Shown in pieces: positions 9,543 through 20,300 of a stretch of 64,000 nucleotides of DNA; the stretch's first letter is position 1; every line of letters starts with the position of its first letter. A model generated the notes under the pieces. The model saw only the letters and a program-made list of their open reading frames with translations. It was not told the origin of the DNA and searched no databases. Source of the DNA: a virus. The translations under genes were made by a program, and so were the position numbers. Location: positions 17,796-81,795 of IMG/VR virus record IMGVR_UViG_3300048834_000169; one strand, written 5' to 3'.

Positions 9543-9972
9543 GCTAGATACTGATAAACAAGTCATTCCTCGTCACAGAGAAAAATACGCCGCACTCAAC
9601 TTTAAGCGGCAGGTAAAGACTAGACTAGACCAGTTAGAAACTGACTATATTGATAAGCTTAGCGATAAAGATAAGGCGTGGCTTAATGCTTTTCTCGAAG
9701 AGACAGTAATCACTAATTTCCAGCACAAAGGTAAAAAATTCTACAAGAGTAAGAAAGCTAAACGAGAGCTGTGGGGCACGAATAACGCTAGAAATAGATG
9801 TATGTTTACCAAAGCTAAGGCTATGAATGCTATTGTAAATACCGAAAATCCCCAGGCTCTGGCGTCCATCTTAGATTCTGAATATATGAGCACTATGCAT
9901 CCAGGGGAATACGAGGATGCTGTTTTAGAAGCTATTATGATTAAGCGTAATTTAGAAGAGGACGATACCTAA
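9481..9972 (+). CDS. Hypothetical basic protein
   Basis: ATG 9481; DYIDKLSDKDKAWLNAF...NNARNR. Confidence 0.7.
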   Translation: MAKKAAPTKQKRKLKLKSKTKLDTDKQVIPRHREKYAALNFKRQVKTRLDQLETDYIDKLSDKDKAWLNAFLEETVITNFQHKGKKFYKSKKAKRELWGTNNARNRCMFTKAKAMNAIVNTENPQALASILDSEYMSTMHPGEYEDAVLEAIMIKRNLEEDDT

Positions 9973-10254
9973 TTGTCTAAGCGCCAGCAGTAATCCTATA
10001 CTTGCTGATATGCCAGCGAATACCCACATAATACCTTTAACTCCATACGACACCATGTCCACGTGTTTTTTAATAGGCCCCAGTTCTTTATAGAATCTGC
10101 CTTCAATTTTAGATACGTGCGTCTCAAGAGTGGTACTGCGTCTGTGATGCTCTTCCATAATGGTAGTATTACGGACAAGGACTTGCTCAACTTTATCTAG
10201 CCGCTCATCGATCTTATCTAGCTTAGCATTAATCCTATTGAATTTATCGTCCAT
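9952..10254 (-). CDS. Coiled-coil plus C-terminal TM protein (holin/XhlA-like architecture)
   Basis: AGGTG SD; last gene of the late block. Confidence 0.6.
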   Translation of the reverse strand: MDDKFNRINAKLDKIDERLDKVEQVLVRNTTIMEEHHRRSTTLETHVSKIEGRFYKELGPIKKHVDMVSYGVKGIMWVFAGISASIGLLLALRQLGIVLF

Positions 10255-10264
10255 AAATCACCTA

Positions 10265-12751
10265 TTACTTGTCAGAATTATCCTTATCAAATTGGTCAAA
10301 AGGTATAGCGTCCATATTATCAAACGAAGTGACGTCTGATGACTCTAAATCTCCCGCCTCTAATGCTCTTGCATATTCTGACTTTAGACCAGGATCTTGG
10401 CTAAGCATGAATAGGGCAGCATTCCGGCTGATGTTAGTTGGGCCAATTGCGGACTTAGCTAGGGCGCCTAAGCCTTTATAGCCTTTTCTAATAAGTTCCT
10501 CAGACTTAGCCATTAACTGTTCGTCAGGTAAATCGGAGAATGTCTTAGCGGCCGACTTAACGATGCCTGCGGGCGTCTTTACTGCGATGTCCTCGGCTTT
10601 TTGTGCTAATCCGCCTAGGGTATATGGAATACCAGAAATACCGCCGCCCTCTGACTGAGCCAATTTCATTACGGTTCCAGTAACCCCTCCAGATGCAAAA
10701 TTAGTATCCGGCTCTGCTGTCAAGTTTAGCATTTTACCTAGTTTGCCGGCACGCTCAATTTTAGGCGTCTTCTCAGTCGTAAGACCAGGAGCTAGAAATT
10801 CTGCCGCTGCTTGTAAATCTTTTCCTTGTTCTGTAGAACGGAGGCCCATATTAGTAGGGTCTGCCGTACCTATAGCCGCCTCTATCCCTCTGAACTCTCG
10901 TCCAGGCACAGAGGAAGACGCATCTAAGAACTTATTGCGTATAGCCTCTGCTTGCTTAAAGGCTTTTCCTGAAGCTTCGCTTTCAGCCAAAACTCGTTGT
11001 GCAGTAGGTTGGTCAGAAACTGACTTTAATAGCGCTTCAACGTTTACGCGCTCTGTTTGCGCTCCTGAGCGAGTCTGGTCTGACAAATTAGCGAGCCAGT
11101 CAGTGAATTGAGGACTAACTACCGACTCAGTTAATTCAGTATCTTTAGCGGTCCTACCTAGCTGTGCCTGTTTAGCGTAAAGTTTTCGACTTTCTAGGAA
11201 CTGCTTAGCTGTGCTTTCGTTCAGCATGGCACCCTCAACTTCAGCCAACATCTTTTTAAATCCAAGCTGTGTAGCCGGGTCGCTAGTCATTTGAACTTTG
11301 TCTGACAGTGCCTTATGTATTTTGTATAAGTCTTTAATAGGAGCTTCAGTTCTAGTGACGGCAGGTATAGTAAGCTCATCAGTACGACTCACCGTCTCTG
11401 TTGTTCCAGCAGGGCCTTCTGTAAGTCCTTGGGCAGTCTGTCCTTGTTTAGACTGCATAGCCTTAGTATCGTCCAAGAGCTTCTGCAAGTCTTCAGAACT
11501 TACGTCCACGTCCTTACTTCGTAAGGTAGTTTTAGTAGTGTCTACTGGAAGGCCAGTCTCTGGATCTAGTTTTCTAGTTAGCGCCTCAGTCCTAGTTAGT
11601 TTCGCCTCAGGCTTGACTATAGAAAGATCATCTACCATTTTCATGACTTTAGCTGCAATTGGTGCTTCGTCTGGAGACATATCAAATTTTTCTGCTATTT
11701 TACGAACTTTGTCCGCTAGCTTAGAAATATCTGTCGGACTGTCGGACGCTGCCATTTGACGAACAATGGTATCTATTTCTTTAGCGCTTTTAGACTTAGC
11801 TGCTGAAGTTAATTCTAAGATTTCATTTGCAGATTTCATCAGGCCTGCGTATGCTTGCTGCTTCTTAGCTGCAGCGGCTGCGGTTAAGGGTTCGCCAATT
11901 TCTCGCGCTACTTGTTGAATTTCAGATAGCGCTAGTTCGCGACCTTCTCTAGAACCTGGCATAAGTCCGGTAGTCTTTGTAAATTCTTTACCAAACTTAG
12001 CGCTCTGAGCTGGACTAGTCTTAGACAGTAGATTCAATAATGCGGGCGTAGTCTGTAACGGGACGTTAGCTAATTGAGGAAGGATATGGGCAGGGGAAGA
12101 TAAAGCTTCGCTTACGGCATCTAACTTATCTCCTTCTGTCCTACCGGCAGCAGACAGGGCTGTAGCCGTCGCAATGTCGCCGGACGAGCCTAGCAATCTA
12201 CCAAAGTATCCCAGGTCCTTAGTCTTAGCTGCAGCCTGTACTGCTTTAGTGGCGGGGGCGTAGGCTAGTTGCGCTGCTTTGGATAGCATTGGTAATCTTG
12301 AGAGGGCTGCTGGCGCGGCACCTACTGGCGATATTGCCATGGGGGCGACTGTGCCTAATATTTTACCAGCGGTGTAGGCTTTTGGGCTAGATTCATACAG
12401 CTCGTCAAAAGCTCGTCTAAAGTCCTTAGAGTCTACTCCTGGCATTAAGCCTAAAGCGTCATCCAGTAGGTCATAGGTTAAGCCTTCAGCGGCGCCTAGT
12501 CCGGCAGCGGCCCCAGTCTTGATAGCACCTCCTAATAGATCAGCAGGAGTTTCTTTTTTAGTAAGATTTTCGGCTGCTAGTTGGTTTGCAAATGCCTCCG
12601 CCTGTAGCTTCTTACCTTCTTCTACGCCGGCTTTTAGTGCCTGTGGGGAAGAGCCTAGCAACGCAGCTTGTGAATTATCTGAGCCTTCAGGCGATGACTC
12701 GCCCTGCTCTGCTAAGAAATCTTCAAAGTCAACTACGTCGTCTTTAGCCAT
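10265..12751 (-). CDS. Large internal virion / ejection protein
   Basis: Ala/Gly/Lys-rich, helical, Cys-free; downstream of nozzle gene. Confidence 0.65.
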   Translation of the reverse strand: MAKDDVVDFEDFLAEQGESSPEGSDNSQAALLGSSPQALKAGVEEGKKLQAEAFANQLAAENLTKKETPADLLGGAIKTGAAAGLGAAEGLTYDLLDDALGLMPGVDSKDFRRAFDELYESSPKAYTAGKILGTVAPMAISPVGAAPAALSRLPMLSKAAQLAYAPATKAVQAAAKTKDLGYFGRLLGSSGDIATATALSAAGRTEGDKLDAVSEALSSPAHILPQLANVPLQTTPALLNLLSKTSPAQSAKFGKEFTKTTGLMPGSREGRELALSEIQQVAREIGEPLTAAAAAKKQQAYAGLMKSANEILELTSAAKSKSAKEIDTIVRQMAASDSPTDISKLADKVRKIAEKFDMSPDEAPIAAKVMKMVDDLSIVKPEAKLTRTEALTRKLDPETGLPVDTTKTTLRSKDVDVSSEDLQKLLDDTKAMQSKQGQTAQGLTEGPAGTTETVSRTDELTIPAVTRTEAPIKDLYKIHKALSDKVQMTSDPATQLGFKKMLAEVEGAMLNESTAKQFLESRKLYAKQAQLGRTAKDTELTESVVSPQFTDWLANLSDQTRSGAQTERVNVEALLKSVSDQPTAQRVLAESEASGKAFKQAEAIRNKFLDASSSVPGREFRGIEAAIGTADPTNMGLRSTEQGKDLQAAAEFLAPGLTTEKTPKIERAGKLGKMLNLTAEPDTNFASGGVTGTVMKLAQSEGGGISGIPYTLGGLAQKAEDIAVKTPAGIVKSAAKTFSDLPDEQLMAKSEELIRKGYKGLGALAKSAIGPTNISRNAALFMLSQDPGLKSEYARALEAGDLESSDVTSFDNMDAIPFDQFDKDNSDK

Positions 12752-12757
12752 AAGTTA

Positions 12758-14410
12758 CTATTTACCTTTAGCTGCTTTAGCGGCAGCCTCTTCGTATTTA
12801 GTTAATTCTGTCTGTAAATTCGCCTCTTCGGCGTGCCAAGGCGGGAGAAGGCCTTTACTTAAAGCCGCCGCAGACTGCGCATTAGATACTGCTACTTTTC
12901 TTTTGGTTTTAGGATCAATCCATAACGTTGGTGTGTCAATTAGCCCACCAAGTATGGCGCGACCAGCAGTTTGCTCTGGTACCCCAATCCTAACTAAGTC
13001 CTCTGTATAACGATTTGTAGCTTCTTTGAGCTTATCCTGAGTTTTTCGCTGAATAACTAACGCTAGCTGTTTGGCGTACTTTTGATCGTCTGGAGACAAG
13101 TCCTTACCTTGAGTTTCAAGAATAGCCATTCTGGTAAGTCGCGCTAAGGCGCTCTGCTCGCCGCCGAATTGCTGAACGTCTTCGTTAGTAAAGCGGCCAC
13201 CACTCTCAAACATCTTAAGTAGTCCGCGCTTGATAGCTCCGCCTGAGCCTGGAATATTTGCGTCTATCAAAGATAGAGCCATGTCCACGGACATCAAAGA
13301 ATCCCTAGCCTCTGCCACTAGTTTATCCTTAGTGACTTGGTCACGGAAATCCATTACTTTATCTTTTTGTGCTCTATTTAAATCGTAATAATCTTTTCTA
13401 ATTTGCTCATTGTAAGTTAATGGTCTGTCAGTAGGTAGATCAAGTGCAGCTTTTTGCCCTAATGGGATAGTAGTTTTGGAGCGGGGCAGGAATATCTTAT
13501 TTTCGCCTGTGTCCAAATCTTTCATAAGCTGGCCCTTCTCGGCCATCTTAACGTTAGGCTCAATTGATAGTTGTCGAGTTTGGGTATTATACCAGGCAGG
13601 GTGTCCGCCCTCAACTGCGCCCATATACACGAATTTACCGTCGCCTCCGCCCAGCACGCCCTTACCAAGAACGCCCTCTAGCGCTCGCGCAGTTTCATTG
13701 CCCTTAAGCTTTAGGCCAGCTTTCTCAGCGACTGTGCGATACGTCTGGGATATTTGACTATTAGGGTCGTCTTTTTCAGCCTCTAGGCGCATATCCATGC
13801 CGTACTTATCTCGGTCCATTTTCATTTTAGTGGCATCTTGCAGCATTTTCTGCATTGTGGTAATGTCTTTTTGAGCGGCATCTATTCCGCTAACGTCGGG
13901 CTTTACATCTACTCCCTGCACTCTGCTAGCAAGTCCGCCGCCCATTTGTGCAGCTCCTCGAAGCATGGTGAGCAGCGCCATAGAATTATCAGGCTGTTCG
14001 ACCGGATACAGCCTATTAAGCTCGGACGCTCGTGCGTCTCGCTTAGACTTAGCTGAAAGCTCTTCTTCCATGAGGGATGAATCTGATGAGCTGGGGAGCG
14101 CTGGTGCCTTAGGTTCGGCAGGGGCTTTATTGGCCGGCTTGGCTGCGGTATCTTCTGTAGCGTCTGGAGGTGTTGGCGTAGTTAGATTAGAAAGGTCCGC
14201 TAACATCTTAGATACTGGGGTTTCTATCTCCGGTGCCGGAGCATCTGGCTGTACAGGCGCGGGCGATGGTTGTGCCGGTGCCGTAGCAATATTTGCCAAC
14301 GCCTCTTGAATAAAGCCATCTTGAGATGCGGGTGCGCTAGAAGCCAAGGGTTCAGAAGATAACGGGAACAGTGAGGACAGGGTTTCTAGATATGACGGCT
14401 TCTTTTTCAT
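12758..14410 (-). CDS. Internal virion / ejection protein
   Basis: Pro/Ala-rich N-terminus, helical body; synteny. Confidence 0.65.
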   Translation of the reverse strand: MKKKPSYLETLSSLFPLSSEPLASSAPASQDGFIQEALANIATAPAQPSPAPVQPDAPAPEIETPVSKMLADLSNLTTPTPPDATEDTAAKPANKAPAEPKAPALPSSSDSSLMEEELSAKSKRDARASELNRLYPVEQPDNSMALLTMLRGAAQMGGGLASRVQGVDVKPDVSGIDAAQKDITTMQKMLQDATKMKMDRDKYGMDMRLEAEKDDPNSQISQTYRTVAEKAGLKLKGNETARALEGVLGKGVLGGGDGKFVYMGAVEGGHPAWYNTQTRQLSIEPNVKMAEKGQLMKDLDTGENKIFLPRSKTTIPLGQKAALDLPTDRPLTYNEQIRKDYYDLNRAQKDKVMDFRDQVTKDKLVAEARDSLMSVDMALSLIDANIPGSGGAIKRGLLKMFESGGRFTNEDVQQFGGEQSALARLTRMAILETQGKDLSPDDQKYAKQLALVIQRKTQDKLKEATNRYTEDLVRIGVPEQTAGRAILGGLIDTPTLWIDPKTKRKVAVSNAQSAAALSKGLLPPWHAEEANLQTELTKYEEAAAKAAKGK

Positions 14411-14423
14411 AAATCAGTCCTTA

Positions 14424-15458
14424 TTATACTTTTTTAGTGCCGAGTAGTCCAGCGTTTTTTGCGCCTACAGCGACGGTACCGGCACCAGTCATAGTATCGA
14501 TCCAGCCCTTTGAAGCCGCAGCTTCAGTCGCATCTTGTGCCTTGCCTGCAGTAGTAGCCATTCCATGCCTAGCTAACAGGCCCTGGTTCTTATCAGCAGC
14601 CGCGGCCAACCTTTGATTACGCTGATCTTGTGCGTATGTATTACGTAGATCTACGTTTTTATTGCTAAGATCCCTGGCGTACTGAAGGTCGTACTGTTGT
14701 GCCTGATTACTGCGATCAACGTTACGCTGCTGTACGTCTTGTCTAGTTTGTACGTTAAACCTAGACAGCGCATCGCGCCTATCTGCTAATCCAATATCTC
14801 GCCCATATTCATCTTGCTGCATATTACGGGCTAAATTAAATTTATCTTGAATAAGCTGCCCTTGTCTGCGGTTAGCTTCTGCGGCAATATTAAGTTGCTG
14901 CTGAGCTTGCATATCTTGCGCGCCTTGAGCTGCCTGCAACTGCATGGCCAACTCTTGTCCAGCTCCTGACATACCTTGCTGAGCCATACGGGCCATAATT
15001 GCTTCGCGATTGCCTTGAGCATCCCTAGCGGCATCTCGCTGAGCTTGGAGCATTCTAGCCTCGTCTTCCAAGTCAAAACCTCCACCTTGAAGTTTAAGTT
15101 CGAGACGAGCTAGAGCATCACGCTGAGCCTGTTGATACGCCGGGTCTAACGATATTTGCTCCGCTGCTGAGGCTTCTTGAAGTATGGCGGCTTCCATTTC
15201 TGGGCTAAATTGTCCGACGCTTTGATAATACTCCAGAGCATATTGACGTTGTTCGGGGGTTGCTATCTCCCAGTTATTTTTAATGTCGTCAGCGGCTTCT
15301 CTAGCAGCCTTTGCTTCAGCAGATTCCCCGCCGCTAATTAGCCCACCTAATCCTCCGATAATCCCGCCAATTGCCGTGCCCCATCCGGGTAAAATAGCTG
15401 TTCCGGCAGCCGCTCCGCTAGCTGCTCCGCCTAATGCTGTACCTAGTTTATTTACCAT
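14424..15458 (-). CDS. DNA pilot / ejection protein
   Basis: Gly-zipper GAASGAAAGTAILPGWGTAIGGIIGGLGG followed by Gln/Ala coiled coil. Confidence 0.75.
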   Translation of the reverse strand: MVNKLGTALGGAASGAAAGTAILPGWGTAIGGIIGGLGGLISGGESAEAKAAREAADDIKNNWEIATPEQRQYALEYYQSVGQFSPEMEAAILQEASAAEQISLDPAYQQAQRDALARLELKLQGGGFDLEDEARMLQAQRDAARDAQGNREAIMARMAQQGMSGAGQELAMQLQAAQGAQDMQAQQQLNIAAEANRRQGQLIQDKFNLARNMQQDEYGRDIGLADRRDALSRFNVQTRQDVQQRNVDRSNQAQQYDLQYARDLSNKNVDLRNTYAQDQRNQRLAAAADKNQGLLARHGMATTAGKAQDATEAAASKGWIDTMTGAGTVAVGAKNAGLLGTKKV

Positions 15459-15470
15459 AGTGTTTCCCTT

Positions 15471-16892
15471 TTATTTATACTGAGCTAAAACCTTACGTAA
15501 TGCGTCGCTAGCAGCGTTTCTAACAATGCCCGCATATTTCGCGTCAGATGCATATCCTAAGTCCTTACGCATAGACTGCTTATGAAGCGCATCGTAAGCA
15601 GATTCCATAGAATTACCTATTCGGCGCCCTCGCAAAAGCGGCTCAAGTTGACGCGCTATGTCCTGATGTACTGCTGCAATTTTATTAGCGTCCACCGCAG
15701 CGTTTGATAACGATTGAGCTGTTTGTCCAGCTCGGAACTGCGTAGTACCTTGTACGGCATCAGCTAATTTAGCATACACGGCAGCCTTAATTGGATCAAG
15801 TTGTGAGATTGTGCCAAAATCTCCAGATGAAAGTTGTTGGGCGAATGCATTCTGTGGTAGCACCCCCATATTCCTAAGCATATCATCAGACGCTGTGAAT
15901 CCTAGGTACGCCGAAGTATCGCCGGAAAATCCACTCCAAAGTGGCGGCAGCTCGCCCTTTTTCTGTTCTGGTGCCTGGCGACTCAGGTCAAAGTTGAAAT
16001 TCTTCATGGCCGCTCTGGCAGCATCCGCGTCCTGTTTAATAACTCTGTTAGCCTCTTCTTGTGCACGTTGTTTAGCAGTAGCCTCTGCCTGAGTCAGAAC
16101 TTTACCAACTTGCGCTCCAGTATCAGTCTTTAACTGTCCAATATCCCCCTGAACTCCAGCTATGTCTGCTGCTGCTTGCTGTCTGGCCATGGCAGCTTGT
16201 TTTTGAAATTCTGGAGCTTGTCGCCTAATGTCTGATAGTTCTCGAGTTTGTTGACCAAGCAACAGATTGTCTAAAGATGTTTGGCCGGATGTGTAGGTAG
16301 GATTCTGTCTTCCGAAGAATCTTTGGAGTAGCGCGGCGCGCCCTGGGTCTGATTTAGCGGCTTGCCCTATTTGTGATAGGTTCTGAGCCTGAGCCGCGAT
16401 TTTATCCTGACTACCCAGTTGGTCAGGACCAGCATACTGCATGTTATATGCAGTTGAAATATCCGCAATAGATTGTTCAGCTTTTGCTTGATCTGGAGAA
16501 TACGAGTTCTGGCTTAGCGCTGTAATAGCATCGGTAACTTTATCCTTAGACGCATCAACTTGATCACGAACGACGCCTAATTGTCCGCCTAGTGTATTTT
16601 GCGCCTGGGATAAAGTGCTAGCTGCTTTTTGCTTCTCTTCTTGAGTCTTGCCCTTAACCATTTGGCCTAGTTGATTGCCTTGATTAGCTTTAATAAAATT
16701 TCTTACGTTAGTGAAACTTCCAGAACTAGAAGGTCCTTGGGGGGCCGCTTGACCCGCTTGAGGAGCTTGACCGCCACCCTGACCTGCCATAGAAGATTGG
16801 CCTGAAGATGTTGCAAAAGTAGATTGTTCACCTTGAGCGTCAACTGCTTGATCCTTTGCTTTATCTTGATTTTGTTTAAGAATTGTGGCCAT
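15471..16892 (-). CDS. Gln/Ala-rich internal virion protein
   Basis: Composition, synteny and upstream late motif. Confidence 0.65.
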   Translation of the reverse strand: MATILKQNQDKAKDQAVDAQGEQSTFATSSGQSSMAGQGGGQAPQAGQAAPQGPSSSGSFTNVRNFIKANQGNQLGQMVKGKTQEEKQKAASTLSQAQNTLGGQLGVVRDQVDASKDKVTDAITALSQNSYSPDQAKAEQSIADISTAYNMQYAGPDQLGSQDKIAAQAQNLSQIGQAAKSDPGRAALLQRFFGRQNPTYTSGQTSLDNLLLGQQTRELSDIRRQAPEFQKQAAMARQQAAADIAGVQGDIGQLKTDTGAQVGKVLTQAEATAKQRAQEEANRVIKQDADAARAAMKNFNFDLSRQAPEQKKGELPPLWSGFSGDTSAYLGFTASDDMLRNMGVLPQNAFAQQLSSGDFGTISQLDPIKAAVYAKLADAVQGTTQFRAGQTAQSLSNAAVDANKIAAVHQDIARQLEPLLRGRRIGNSMESAYDALHKQSMRKDLGYASDAKYAGIVRNAASDALRKVLAQYK

Positions 16893-16919
16893 ACTTCCCT
16901 ATTAATAATTTGTTTAATG

Positions 16920-17321
16920 CTATGTGAAACAGTAAATACGTAATGAATACCGCGATCCTGCAGTTAAGTTGGTGATATTAGTTACTTTTATATTAGCACC
17001 GGCGGATTCAAATGTAAAGAAGGGCTGGCCAGTGGGCTGAGTACCTTGTCCAATCAGCTCAGCGGCTATACAAACGATGCCGCGACACGGGCCCTTTAAA
17101 GTACTTCTAAAAAACAATGGGGAGGCATTTGTAGGTAGCGTACTAACGTCCAGAACAGTCTCCTGTGCCGAAAGATTATCGGCAACAGAAAGATTATTGT
17201 TCATGGCGTTAGATAAACTATCAATCGCGTCATTAATCGGTAATAGCAGCTTATCAGTCAAATCTGAATATTGCGAAGGCAAATCTTCAGACAAGATTCG
17301 CTTAAGTTTTATTCGCGCCAT
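16920..17321 (-). CDS. Putative virion protein
   Basis: TAATG-coupled to the nozzle gene. Confidence 0.6.
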   Translation of the reverse strand: MARIKLKRILSEDLPSQYSDLTDKLLLPINDAIDSLSNAMNNNLSVADNLSAQETVLDVSTLPTNASPLFFRSTLKGPCRGIVCIAAELIGQGTQPTGQPFFTFESAGANIKVTNITNLTAGSRYSLRIYCFT

Positions 17322-20300
17322 TATCTGTTAATCCTTGGGCTGCTTACTTCAACTACTAATGATATGCCCTCTAACTGCCACTCTTCTCGAGCGACTTTAT
17401 GCTTGAACTGACAATTGAGCAAACTACATCGCTGCTTACCTAATGGTATGTATGTTCTAAATCCGCGCTGCCTAGAGTCTCCGCCCCAGGGCACTCCGCC
17501 CCACGGGAAGTAGCCCCAGTTACCTAGGCCCGGCCCTAATAACTGTATTTCTTCAAATCCAGACTGTAAGTCACTACTAAAGGCCAGCACTGGCGTAGTG
17601 ATCCTAGACTTCTTAAAACGCGCTGTAGCCTCTCTAAATTGCTTTATTTCACCTTCATTGCCCGCATCCTCAGGCGCCCATGTGATCTTGCACTGGTAAG
17701 CCTTATAGAGCGTTATAGGGCCTGTTATAAGGTCGTATACAGTCTCTACAGTTACGGTAGATCTAGCCGCGTTCACTGCTACCACTTTAGCCTCGACCTC
17801 ATAATCATATGATCCGTAGTCTAGTTCCATAGTGTGACTAACGGTCTGTACCAGAATATCGCCTATAGCTACATTAGCTACGCTAGACAACGTGGCGATA
17901 GAATTAGTAGCATCATATGATACTATCGACAGTGCGTATTCTCGGTCAGCATAGTCTGATCTAGTAAATGATTTACGCTCTTGCTCTATTGCGTTAATAT
18001 CAGAAGCGCCTAGGTAAAGCTTGTCATCATTGGAATTTACTATGGCGCAGGTCTTAGATTGTATCCAATTAGTCCACGCTTGTGTGACATTATTATATAC
18101 CCACGCTCTTTGCGATACTGTATCATTTGAGTCTTCCGGTAACCACAGGATATATTTACGGTCAGTTTGGTAAAACACGGCGAAGGCTGTAGATGGTATA
18201 TTTGCGTTGGGAGCTAGCTTTAATAGTTGATCCTCTACTGGTCTGGATATGACTAATACGCCATTATCTGATATGGTGCACACGCCTTGGTTAGAAAATG
18301 CGTAGATTTGGTTATTACCGATTGCGACGGTGTCTGGGCCTCGCACTTGTGCGGACAAGTCGAAAGCGTCCACAATAAGGCTAGAAGTAGTCTCGCCACT
18401 GATTCTGTACACGCCGTCTGCTTTAAGTACAAAAAGACTGTCGCGCAGAGCAACGATTCTAAGTATGTCTTTATCACCACTACCTACGTTAAAGAAGTTT
18501 AGGGTAGGTACGGCCTCATAAATATTCTGCTTAGAGTAGTAGATTCGGTTCTTAGTTACCTCATTATCTGATACTACCGCTAGTGCTGCTTTTTTAAAGA
18601 ATCCACGAGCAGTGCTTCCGCTTGTAGTAGTATTCACTGCAACAGTAAACGTATTAGATGATCGTGCTGTAATAGTCCTAAGGCCATCGCACAGCTCATC
18701 GGTATCAGTGTCCACTAAGTACACCTGATCGCCTACCTGTAGGCCATGCGCCGTAGTGGTAGTGATTACTGCTGAGGTAGCCGAGCTTATTGATGTAATG
18801 GGATTATTCTCTGGCGCTACACTAGGGCTGAAATTAGTGCTACCTACTGTAACGCTGTTAGACATTACGTAAAACGCACTAGAACTTATGGAGCGAGCCT
18901 CTAATAGTAATTTACCTGGAATATCGTCCACGCCGGAAATATAGTAAGCGTATATCGCGGTATTATCTGCGTATCTGTTTATAGTCCTGACTAAGTTACG
19001 CGCAGTTGTGTCCACATTTTGAGCAGGAGTGCCAGAAGTCTGAACTTCTATTTCATTTCCGTTAGCCGGAGTACCGGATACAAAGTCATACCTAGTATTG
19101 CCCACCCACAAGGAAGTTCCCACTAATCCAGAAACTCCCGTTAATGATAAGAGTCGCTTGTGGCGAGTCTTAGTATTAGCATAGAATGCAATGTTTTTAT
19201 AAATAGCGACATCTTTGGCAAAAGGGGGTTGCTCGTTAGCCTGCAGTATTCCCTCTTGTCTAGGGTTAGTGTAGAGGTCTGCTCCTCTAAAGCCGTCTGG
19301 CGTCTCGTCTGTCACTTCGATAATACCGTCTAGTATTTGCTGGGCTGTAGGGTTACTTTCGAATACTAGGCCCATATCGTCGCCAGGATTGATATTAAGA
19401 CCTGATGAAGCCTGGGTTCTGTATATCTGATAGAAGTAGTTAGTTGTAATGCCTTCGGGTACTGTAAAGGTTAGTGTAACGTTCTTACCTTGAATGGCGT
19501 TGGTGAAGTTCGCCGCTAACTGGGCTTGACCAATATAGTCCGCAGTACCTGATACTGTTATATCAGCGGCTACGGTAATGTCGAATGTAGTGGCGGTTAC
19601 GTTAGATATAGTGTAAGTGCCGTCTATGCTAGGAGTAGTGGTTGATCCTGTTATCTCCACGGAAGCGCCATTGGCCATTAGGTGCGTATCGTTAGTAGTG
19701 ACTGATATGGCGCCGGCTAGGCCAGTAGGAATAGTTAAAGTACCTTGAGCTGAAATATGTGCGTTAGGCTCGGCTATTAAAGCATCTACTACTTCGTCAA
19801 AGAAAGCTTGCTGCTCAATGAAGGCTTCCTCATTATCCACCTCAGGTGCAGGATAGTACTGAGCAATGCCGCTAGTCCACGAGCCCACGTCTACCCCTGT
19901 AGCTGCTACTGTAATAGCCTGATCTATTTTAATAGTGAAGTTAGTTGCTGTACGAGCAGTAATATCGTATGTACCGTCGATAGATGGAAAGCTGGTTGTA
20001 TTGGCTAAGGTAACAGAATCGCCTACTGATAGCGTGTTATTGGCAGTGATAATTACGGAAGAGCCAGCGGTGCCTGTAGGAATATTCGTGATTACGCCTG
20101 TGCTACCATAAACTGCGGGGTCCGGATTAGAGTGGCCAATATCGGCCTCTAATTTAAAGCATAGCTCTTTAAGCGCTGCGTTTAGTTCTACAGCACTAGC
20201 GGTAGTTCCTATGGCAAGCGTGTTGTAATCCGTATCAGTAAGAGTGCCGGTATTTATTGCGGCAGCGTCGTCTAATTTATCCAAAAGAGCGTTGAAGTCT